Origin: a virus
Taxonomy: Duplodnaviria > Caudoviricetes
IMG/VR virus record: IMGVR_UViG_3300033120_000337
Coordinates: 8,448-72,447 of that record
Direction: 5' to 3' (one strand)
DNA length: 64,000 nucleotides
The position numbers and the translations under genes are program-made. This document shows positions 19,379 through 26,289 of this stretch, one piece after another. The notes beneath the pieces are model-generated. The model was not told the origin of the DNA. It did no database searches and was given only the letters and a program-made list of their open reading frames with translations. Each line of letters begins with the position of its first letter. Position 1 is the stretch's first letter.

Positions 19379-20556
19379 TCATCGAGAACTCAAACCAACT
19401 CGAATGAAGTTCTCAACCTCATTCGGACGGTAGAAGAGACTGGGGTCTTGTAGAAGAGCCTCCCGAGCTAGTCGAACAGGTTCCTGCCTGTCTCTACCTG
19501 AGAGATTGAACTCTGAAATGAGACCCTCGTTGTCGACCTGAGGTCTGCGTAGGAGGGCCGTAAAGGATGTTCTCTCCGCTAGGGTCATTGAAGACGCTAC
19601 TCGACGCAGAGAGGCTTGCTGAGAGGCCGTGAGGAACCCCAAAGACTGTGAACCCAACCCTAGGTCTGCCATGTCGAGTAGAAGCAAGACATCGTGGGAG
19701 GTGGTTTGAAACTGACCTGCCATGTAGGAGGCGAAGGGTCTCTGGGTGGCGATCATCTTGGCCAGCACCTCAATGAGCCCAAAGGGCTTCATTGTGACGA
19801 GAGCCTCTCGGGCCCCAGTACCCGAGAGGATGTTCTGAACCAAGATGGTGGAGACTGCTTCCCAGGGCATGTTCTGAAGCTTCTCGGCATTCTTTCGCAT
19901 TGAGGTCTCAACCTCAGGTGAGATTTGAAGCCCGTACTTCACGAGGAACTTGATTGCCCGCAACATCCTTGTGGGTCATCGGAGAAAGTCCTGTCAGGAT
20001 CTAGGGGGGTCTGGATGACCTTTTCCGATAGGTGGCGTAGCCCAAGACCTGTGAGGTCAAGGACTTCAACCCCGTCAGGCCCATTCGTTAGGTCTCCCAA
20101 TCTCCACAACAGGGTGTTGACCGTGAACTCTCGACGGTAGACGTCTTCCTCTATCGTGGCGGGCTGAACATCTGTTGGCTTGTAGCCCTTCCCTTTTCCA
20201 GATCCTCCATAGGACTCCTTCCGTGCGTTGGCGATTTCAATCACCTCTCCGGACATCTGAGCCCCATCCAGAGTCCAGTCTCCACAGACAGTGATGATGG
20301 CCACCCCGTACTGGTTGGTTGTGACGTTGGAGGTCACGGGAATCGCGTTTGCGACCTTCTTGGCAAACCAGTCAGAGTCCCTCCCACCCAAAGCAACAGA
20401 ATCGACCACTACATCGATATCCTTCACCGGAACTCCAAGTAGGTGGTTTCTCACTGCGCCTCCAACGACATAGATGTGGTTGCCCACTCCATTGTGGTTG
20501 GCGACATCCGAAAGGATTCTCATGAGTCCGGTTGTCTTTTGGTTTGTCTTAGTCAT
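19379..20556 (-). CDS. cca: class II tRNA nucleotidyltransferase (CCA-adding enzyme / poly(A) polymerase family), interrupted by a -1 frameshift at ~19974
   Basis: YVVGGAVRNHLLG, KDIDVV (DxD), EIANARKESY and RREFTVN motifs. TFSDDP continues as [T]RMLRAIKF in the -1 frame; GAC CC[C] ACA AGG restores ~392 aa. Confidence 0.8.
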
Positions 20557-21177
20557 TTGGTTCCTGGGAAAACACTCCCACAAGGTCTGAGGGGCTACAA
20601 GGACCCTCAAGTCGATTCCTGGGAGATGTCGTACATCCACAGACCTCTGAAGGCATCCGAGTAGGCTCTGTCAGGTTCTACCTAGACACCAAGAAAGTCT
20701 TCCTGTATACCAGCCCCTCGTTTCGTTTCCTGTTGTGTTGTTTCAGCAGGACGTGGAATTCCCTCTCGTCTACGATCTCCTGACCTCTTCCCAAAGAGAC
20801 TGGATAAGTACCCGAGGACAAGTAGGCCTTCTCCATCATGAGGTCTTACGGGGTTCCGGACTCGAAAGAGTCGTAGAGCGTCACGGTCGCTATCTACGAA
20901 ACGGTCTCCCCAACGCGAGAGTTTTGGGATCAAGACAAAGGACTCGTCTTGTGTAGTCGCCTACAAACCTGAGGCACTCAGAGGTCTGTTACGTAAGAAC
21001 ATACCTTGTCATCTATCTGCCCTCCCGTTCCAGTGGTTAGACTTCCTCTCATGCGAGAGTAGAGAGGATCAAAGTCTAAGAAGGAATAAGGATCACTCTG
21101 AGAGGAGGATCCAAAGAGAAGTAAGGGAAATAAGGGGATAGATGTTCCTTGAGAACACTTTCAAAATTCAGAATACA

Positions 21178-21256
21178 AGTTCAAGTCTTCTTCATCCTTC
21201 AAGTTCAAGTCTTCTTCATCCTTCAAGTTCAAGTCTTCTTCATCCTCCAACAAGTC
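21178..21256. repeat. tandem repeat, 3 x 24 nt (AAGTTCAAGTCTTCTTCATCCTTC) plus a decayed fourth unit
   Basis: Read directly; the minus strand would encode KDEEDLNL repeats. Confidence 0.85.
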
Positions 21257-21453
21257 TTCATCTACCTACTCATCATCGTTCTTGTACTACTGGTAGTCGT
21301 CATCGTCGTAAGGGTAGAAATACACTTCGAAAGTTTGGACAGAGGTTCAGGTTGGTGGGAGGGAGTTTTTTGAACGGTCAGTAAGACCGTAAGGGATAGC
21401 TACGTCTGTCAGATGGAAACCCTATTAGATTTCATCTATCAGAGGAGGCTTTC

Positions 21454-21786
21454 TTGTCAGCCACATACCGAGTGGAGATCCAGTATAGTCGGCTGTTGAG
21501 TGACCTATGGGGAATTCTCCAAGGTAAACGCTATCCAGTCTTCCCTAGGGGAAGTCGGGCTGCGCCATCTCCAGTTGTCTACGTGTTCCCAGATTTCAAT
21601 GTTCAGTCTGGATATCGGTGGAACTTCTGGGAGGAGATTTCAGCTCCGGTCCTCATCAACATGAACAAGATAGTCCCTCCATATTTGGGAGGCTGGGGTA
21701 ACCCTGAATCCATACCTATCTTGGATGCCTACTTGAGGTCTGCTCTGTTGGCCTCTTCATGGTCGGTCAAAGTGGACTACACGTAG
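21454..21786 (+). CDS. hypothetical protein
   Basis: SD GGAGG upstream of the TTG start. Confidence 0.5.
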   Translation: MSATYRVEIQYSRLLSDLWGILQGKRYPVFPRGSRAAPSPVVYVFPDFNVQSGYRWNFWEEISAPVLINMNKIVPPYLGGWGNPESIPILDAYLRSALLASSWSVKVDYT

Positions 21787-21808
21787 TTCTCTATTGAGTC
21801 TGAGAGAG

Positions 21809-22648
21809 ATGACTCTCAGATCGAGACTTATTCGTCTAGCTCACACCAAGCCTCAGCTACGTCCGCACCTACTTCCTCTTCTCAAGGAAGCCGCAACCTT
21901 CGACCCATCTCACTATGGTCTTGAAGGTTTGCTAGAGGGGAAGCCTACAACTCTCTATCACGGGACAACTGCGAAGTTCTCGTCCTTTGACATGAGTCTC
22001 AGTCGGGATGAGTTGGTGAACAAGTTCTATGGGAAGGGGATTTTCCTGGTTCCCTCCAAGAAGATCGCAATGAAGTACGCCGATGCGAATCGAAACATCG
22101 GATTCCCGCCATCCATCATTGACGACCTCAAAAGCAGGAATCGAAATGCTGGGGACTTCCTACAAGCTCTCTACAAGGATGGGCCTGATGCATTCGATTC
22201 TTTCACTAGGGAGAAGGGTTTCTTCACTGACAACCCTTCTCCTGGAGAACCACCTCTTGATTGGGCGGGCTTCGAGAAGTTCTTGGGAGTTTCTGGAAAC
22301 ACATTGAGCGACCTTGCGGGATACATCTTGGGAAGTGTGACTTCACCTATCCCTACCTCTAATACGCTCGAATTGTTTGGTTCTCAAACTGGAGCACCAT
22401 CTTGGATCTATGATGCTCTGGATGAGATTGGTTTGGATTCCTCTGTGTACCGACCAAAGGTCTACACAGTCACTGTGCAGGTAGAGAAGACACTGGTCAC
22501 CAAGAGCAAGTCTCTGGCAAAGAAGGCTCGTAGTCAGGGGTACGACTCAGTGTTGTTCTACGGTGCAGACCTTGTGGGCGGAGTTCCTGAGGTGGCTGTC
22601 TACGACCCAAGAAAAGTACGAATTGTGAAAGTAGATGTTCTGGATTGA
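21809..22648 (+). CDS. ADP-ribosyltransferase-fold protein (ART-PolyVal-like) carrying the shared LRSxLIRLAHTxP leader
   Basis: LYHGT..KFSSFD, GKGIFL..SKKIAMKYA and GYDSVLF..EVAVYDP match the H-Y-E-type ART pattern of phage polyvalent proteins. Confidence 0.65.
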   Translation: MTLRSRLIRLAHTKPQLRPHLLPLLKEAATFDPSHYGLEGLLEGKPTTLYHGTTAKFSSFDMSLSRDELVNKFYGKGIFLVPSKKIAMKYADANRNIGFPPSIIDDLKSRNRNAGDFLQALYKDGPDAFDSFTREKGFFTDNPSPGEPPLDWAGFEKFLGVSGNTLSDLAGYILGSVTSPIPTSNTLELFGSQTGAPSWIYDALDEIGLDSSVYRPKVYTVTVQVEKTLVTKSKSLAKKARSQGYDSVLFYGADLVGGVPEVAVYDPRKVRIVKVDVLD

Positions 22649-22966
22649 CCAACTGAGCGTAAGTTAGAGCACGAGGTTTACGGGAGTTGGAAACGACCAC
22701 CCGAACGGTCAAGAAAAAAAAAGAACCACCTCATGTCGATTTCACTGGACGCCTCAAACAACATCAGATACAAATCCTTCACTCAATCATGTTCGTCTCT
22801 CTAACCACCTTCAAGTCTAGCAAAATGCAATCAGGCATCTCGCCTGTAGTGTATTTGAGCCAGCTTGAATCGGGACGCTCAGATTGTGGCTTTGCAGCAC
22901 GCGAGATCTCCCTCCCAGGAAATATCTTGGTGACTTGACTCTTCTAACCTCTCCAGGAGAAGATCA

Positions 22967-22993
22967 GGCCACCTAGGGAAACCAGGTGGCCTG
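22967..22993. terminator. strong hairpin (terminator or processing signal) before the RNA island
   Basis: AGGCCACCT-AGGGAAACC-AGGTGGCCT, perfect 9-bp stem, no clear U-tract. Confidence 0.45.
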
Positions 22994-23113
22994 AGTCATT
23001 TCAGGGAGAAAAGATGAAATCAGGTTCGTTAGGTTTCAAGACGGGGGAAAGAAAGTTTGGTTCCTGGGGGGAAAAGAGAAACGTAGGTTCGTTAGGTTTC
23101 GAGAAGATTTCAT

Positions 23114-23198
23114 GGAGCGGACGTGGGCACTGGTAGCCCCACCTGTTTGTAACACAGGCGCCCGAAAAGCATTGTGGGTTCGAATCCCTCTCGCTCCA
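23114..23198 (+). tRNA. tRNA-Tyr(GTA)
   Basis: Cloverleaf; CCTGT-TTGTAAC-ACAGG; long variable arm. Confidence 0.85.
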
Positions 23199-23236
23199 TA
23201 TGCAGAACAAGCAGAAACGAGGCTCAGTCTCCATCC

Positions 23237-23309
23237 GGGACTGTAGCTCAACAGGTAGAGCAGCAAGCTTTTAACTTGCGGTATGAGGGTTCAAGTCCCT
23301 TCGGTCCCA
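23237..23309 (+). tRNA. tRNA-Lys(TTT)
   Basis: Canonical cloverleaf; loop CTTTTAA. Confidence 0.95.
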
Positions 23310-23319
23310 TGGCTTCTTT

Positions 23320-23392
23320 CGGACACAAGCATTAGCGGTGATGCACTAGACTCTTAATCTGGGGAATTCGGGTTCAACTCCCAGGTGTCCGA
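23320..23392 (+). tRNA. tRNA-Lys(CTT)
   Basis: Acceptor CGGACAC/GTGTCCG; loop CTCTTAA; imperfect T-stem. Confidence 0.8.
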
Positions 23393-23435
23393 CTCTTCAA
23401 GCTTCAACTCTCAAAGTTCAAAACTCAAAGTTCAT

Positions 23436-23506
23436 TCTCGGATCGTCTAGCGGTAGGACAGTTGACTCTGACTCAACGAACTGAGGTTCGAATCCTCGTC
23501 CGAGAA
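23436..23506 (+). tRNA. tRNA-Gln(CTG)
   Basis: GTTGA-CTCTGAC-TCAAC; T1-A72 pair. Confidence 0.9.
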
Positions 23507-23760
23507 TCCTGAGGTGATAAAGCCACCTTCCTTCAACCGGAAAAAGTGGCTCACCTCAAACTGAAAACTGAATATGGAATTCCTTCAGCGTGACTCCACG
23601 GGAGCACGCAGAGTTAGGATTCTGAGTTGGGGCCACTTGAGTAGTGGGTATCTCAACTCAGAGGGCCTTCTCAAGATTGTTCGCGCTTTCCAGTTCTTGC
23701 GACCTAGACAACCTAGATAAAATTGAACTGGATATACAGGGAGGAAAGACTCCCGACTAT

Positions 23761-23832
23761 TCCTGGGTAGCTCAGAGGTAGAGCGACGAGCTGTTAACTC
23801 GTTGGTCGTAGGTTCGATTCCTTCCCCAGGAG
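23761..23832 (+). tRNA. tRNA-Asn(GTT)
   Basis: Canonical cloverleaf; loop CTGTTAA. Confidence 0.95.
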
Positions 23833-23836
23833 CTTT

Positions 23837-23908
23837 AGGCCACGGTCAGGGTAACCGGATTGGACTCCAAATCCGATCGTCTGCAAGGTTCGATTCCTTG
23901 GTGGCCTG
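23837..23908 (+). tRNA. tRNA-Trp(CCA)
   Basis: Acceptor AGGCCAC/GTGGCCT; loop CTCCAAA; atypical D-arm. Confidence 0.8.
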
Positions 23909-23923
23909 TCTTGCTTAGTTCTC

Positions 23924-23995
23924 GCAGCGGTAGCTCAGTGGTAGAGCACTTGATTGAAAATCGAGGTGTCGTCGGTTCAATCCCGACTCGTTGCA
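23924..23995 (+). tRNA. tRNA-Phe(GAA)
   Basis: Canonical; loop TTGAAAA. Confidence 0.9.
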
Positions 23996-24010
23996 TGTGT
24001 CTGTTTCTCT

Positions 24011-24082
24011 CGGGGTGTGGCTCAGTGGTAGAGCGCTCGGTTTGGGATCGAGAAGTCGCAGGTTCGACCCCTGTCTCCCCGA
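24011..24082 (+). tRNA. tRNA-Pro(TGG)
   Basis: Canonical; loop TTTGGGA. Confidence 0.95.
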
Positions 24083-24166
24083 CTCGCATGAATACTTGAA
24101 GGGTGTACATCTTTTTGGTAGATCGGCCCTCACGGGCCACTCACTCTTTATCCCTTGTCATGCGAG
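24083..24166 (+). ncRNA. Y-RNA-like RNA 1 (minimal, no tRNA domain)
   Basis: CTCGCATGA/TCATGCGAG terminal stem, ATAC, AAGGGTG/CACTCTT stem, TACA, and CCTTG bulge on the 3' strand. Confidence 0.65.
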
Positions 24167-24189
24167 TTTCTACTGTGTTCCTGAAAAAA

Positions 24190-24216
24190 TGGATGTGTTG
24201 ATCCAACCATTCAGCA
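24190..24216 (+). promoter_or_regulatory. repeated H-type pseudoknot motif, copy 1
   Basis: TGGAT-G-TGTTG-ATCCA-ACCATT-CAGCA. Confidence 0.7.
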
Positions 24217-24261
24217 ACTCATGCGGCTAATCTCAGGTACCTGGCACCTTGAAGCCATTAC

Positions 24262-24334
24262 GGGCTTGTAGCTCATTTGGGAGAGCGCTTCGATGGCATC
24301 GAAGAGGTAAGCGGTTCGATCCCGCTCTGGTCCA
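24262..24334 (+). tRNA. tRNA-Ala(GGC)
   Basis: Cloverleaf with G3-U70; loop ATGGCAT. Confidence 0.9.
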
Positions 24335-24335
24335 T

Positions 24336-24461
24336 TCGTGTGAATACTCGATCGGGATTACATTGTCCTAACCACAATCGATCTGGGTTCGAATCCCAGG
24401 CATCTTCGCAAGAGGGTGAGCAGGGTTGCTAGAAAACATCTCGGTCATTCTTGTCGCACGA
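24336..24461 (+). ncRNA. Y-RNA-like RNA 2 (YrlA-type, permuted tRNA-like domain with degenerate D-arm)
   Basis: TCGTGTGA/TCGCACGA stem, ATAC, ATCGGGAT/ATCTCGGT stem, TACA; T-arm CTGGG-TTCGAAT-CCCAG followed by a closed acceptor hairpin CATCTTC-GCAA-GAGGGTG. Confidence 0.7.
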
Positions 24462-24471
24462 TCTATTTTCT

Positions 24472-24544
24472 GTCTCTGTCGTCTAAAAGGCTAGGACCTT
24501 GGCCTCTCAAGTCAAGAACAGGAGTTCGAATCTCCTCAGAGACA
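24472..24544 (+). tRNA. tRNA-Glu(CTC)
   Basis: Canonical; loop CTCTCAA. Confidence 0.9.
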
Positions 24545-24680
24545 TCAAGCGAATTGGAAGTCAGACTACAACCAAGCAGATGGTCGCGGGTTCGAATCCC
24601 GTCCTTCGGGTAAAACCGGAGGTAGCTCAGCGGTAGAGCATCCGCCATATACACGTCTCCTTCCGTTCTTTGTCGCTTGA
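24545..24680 (+). ncRNA. Y-RNA-like RNA 3 (YrlA-type, circularly permuted tRNA mimic)
   Basis: TCAAGCGA/TCGCTTGA terminal stem; order is T-arm (GCGGG-TTCGAAT-CCCGT), closed acceptor (CCTTCGG-GTAAAA-CCGGAGG), D-arm (GCTC-AGCGGTA-GAGC); no anticodon loop. Confidence 0.85.
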
Positions 24681-24686
24681 ACTATT

Positions 24687-24838
24687 CCAGAGGTGGAATA
24701 CCTGTGAGGACTACATCTAAACCTCAGTGTCGCTGGTTCAAGTCCAGCCTGCCCCGCTTCTATGGGGGAGTAGCTCAGTTGGTAGAGCATGAGAATGTCC
24801 ACGCTAAAACTTGTCCGCCTCACTAACTTCCTTCCTGG
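24687..24838 (+). ncRNA. Y-RNA-like RNA 4 (YrlA-type, circularly permuted tRNA mimic)
   Basis: GAATAC, GTGAGG/CCTCAC stem, TACA; T-arm GCTGG-TTCAAGT-CCAGC, closed acceptor CTGCCCC-GCTTCTAT-GGGGGAG, D-arm GCTC-AGTTGGTA-GAGC. Confidence 0.8.
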
Positions 24839-24909
24839 TGTTTGTAGCTCAACGGTAGAGCGCTCGATTGTGGATCGAGATACGAGGGGTTCAACTCCCC
24901 CCTTACACC
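24837..24909 (+). tRNA. tRNA-His(GTG)
   Basis: G-1/C73 pair; loop TTGTGGA. Confidence 0.85.
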
Positions 24910-24914
24910 CTCAA

Positions 24915-24988
24915 CGGGTATGACGGTCTGGTTGATCTGCTTTCCCTGATAAGGAGGGCGTGCATGAGTTCGATTCTCTGATACCCGA
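24915..24988 (+). tRNA. tRNA-Ile(GAT)
   Basis: Acceptor CGGGTAT/ATACCCG; loop CTGATAA; weak anticodon and T stems. Confidence 0.65.
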
Positions 24989-25162
24989 TGCCGTGTCCAG
25001 GGTCTGTTTGACCTGGCCTCAAGGAACTGGCTCAACAAAAGTTGGGTTGGGCGCGAACGGATTAGCGTGTGACTCGAATGGGGGAGGTCGTTCTCCCCAC
25101 TCGCCAGAATGTAGGCCTAGCCGTACCTATGTTCCTGAAAAAAAACTACGGCTGTTTCTTGA

Positions 25163-25236
25163 TGCGGAGTAGAGCAGTCTGGTAGCTCGCTAGGCTCATA
25201 ACCTAGAGGTCGGTGGTTCGAATCCATCCTCCGTTA
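25163..25236 (+). tRNA. tRNA-Met(CAT), initiator-like
   Basis: Mismatched 1:72 pair; fMet-type D-arm GAGC-AGTCTGGTA-GCTC; loop CTCATAA. Confidence 0.85.
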
Positions 25237-25305
25237 TTATGCCGGAATCTCACCACCATGTTCCCAGGGATGGGACTCCACATGGTGGTCCGGCTCCAAC
25301 TAAAC

Positions 25306-25378
25306 GGGCATGTAGCTCAGCTGGGAGAGCGGTGGCTTTGCAAGCCATAGGTCAGGGGTTCGATCCCCCTCTTGTCCA
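25306..25378 (+). tRNA. tRNA-Ala(TGC)
   Basis: Canonical, G3-U70; loop TTTGCAA. Confidence 0.95.
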
Positions 25379-25379
25379 T

Positions 25380-25520
25380 GGGAAGATAGCTCAGGAGACG
25401 TCTAAGACGTTCGACTTGTCTGAGGAGTACGGGAGACCAAGGGCCCAGAAACAAAGACAGTTCAGAGCGGCGAGCCAGTAAGCTCGGTGCGCGTCGGTGA
25501 AAATCCGATTCTTCCCACCA
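25380..25520 (+). ncRNA. tRNA-like RNA with 72-nt D-loop, 6-nt anticodon loop and encoded CCA
   Basis: GGGAAGA/TCTTCCC-A-CCA acceptor; GCTC...GAGC D-stem; CGAGC-CAGTAA-GCTCG arm; GTCGG-TGAAAAT-CCGAT T-arm. Confidence 0.65.
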
Positions 25521-25716
25521 TTTTCCGATAGGTAGTGAATGCCAAATGCGCCTCGAACCATGAGGAATGAGCGGGGCTAACCACTATCCTTCGGAATCCA
25601 TTTACTCCTGAAGATGTTGCAAGTAGGTGTCCTGGAAGGTCTTGGGCCAGGATAGGAGTTCTCCCCAAGAGAAGGGTTCAAGTCCCACTACTTGCAATGT
25701 CTTCAGGTGTAGTTTC

Positions 25717-25788
25717 TCCGCCAAAGCATAAAGGGTGATGCCCCGTCTTGGTATGACGGTTAACTGGTTTCAAGCACCAGTGGTGGCT
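25717..25788 (+). tRNA. tRNA-Thr(GGT)
   Basis: CCGTC-TTGGTAT-GACGG; 6-bp acceptor; T-arm CTGGT-TTCAAGC-ACCAG. Confidence 0.6.
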
Positions 25789-25798
25789 TGTTTCTTTA

Positions 25799-26207
25799 GG
25801 GTCTGTACTGGTTTCGACAGGGTGTGCGAATAGAGAGAGTGCGTGTCGGGCTTCGTCAGGTCAGCTCGTTAAAAAGATGTGTCAAATAAGCTGCCAACTC
25901 AAACAGCTACGTTCCCGCCGCAATGGCTGCGTGAACCGTGGGTACGTGTAGCCGCCTAGGGCGACATGTACTTGCGTAATCAAATCTAGGTAAAAACCCC
26001 GGCTTTTCTTCAGCGGGGGGTCGCAAGACTACTCTGAGGGAATGGTGGAGGGTACTACGCGAACCGTGGAACCCCTAAAGGTGGCCCGTTGGGGCTGGGC
26101 ATCTTAGGTCAAGAGGCTTGCTTCTTGACCACCCGAATTCCAACTACACACGTAGGACTCGATCTAACTAGCCATTTTGGACGTGGGTTCGATTCCCACC
26201 AGATCCA
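25799..26207 (+). ncRNA. ssrA: tmRNA; tag peptide (A)ANSNSYVPAAMAA*
   Basis: 5' GGGTCTGTACTGGTTTCGAC; acceptor GGGTCTG/CAGATCC with G3-U70; T-arm GTGGG-TTCGATT-CCCAC; resume codon at 25893 after AAATAAGCT; stop at 25932-25934. Confidence 0.92.
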
Positions 26208-26216
26208 TCAGTGAAT

Positions 26217-26289
26217 GCGGGCGTAGCTCAGTTGGTAGAGCCTCAGTTTTCCAAACTGAATGTCGTCGGTTCGAATCCGATCGCCCGCT
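26217..26289 (+). tRNA. tRNA-Gly(TCC)
   Basis: Canonical; loop TTTCCAA. Confidence 0.95.

Noticed and set aside
21178-21345. Genome-wide TAG reassignment suggested by in-frame TAGs in an acidic frame
   Set aside because: Well-supported genes (nucleotidyltransferase, Dps-like, GroEL, NrdB, HNH, RecA) end correctly at TAG, and no CTA-anticodon tRNA was found.
2850-21800. TCTAT(N)nA word upstream of several probable late genes (2856, 4029, 13445, 21434, 21790) as a late promoter
   Set aside because: Too short and variably spaced to distinguish from chance by eye; needs motif statistics and TSS data.
24616-24756. A single tRNA with an intron, formed from the D-arm at 24616 and the T-arm at 24732
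   Set aside because: The would-be acceptor strands (CCGGAGG and CTGCCCC) do not pair with each other; each pairs with its neighbour in the permuted arrangement.
25419-25455. Hammerhead ribozyme core (CTGAGGA...GAAAC) in the large D-loop
   Set aside because: No G-C pair closing stem II, and no NUH site with compatible stems I and III could be drawn.
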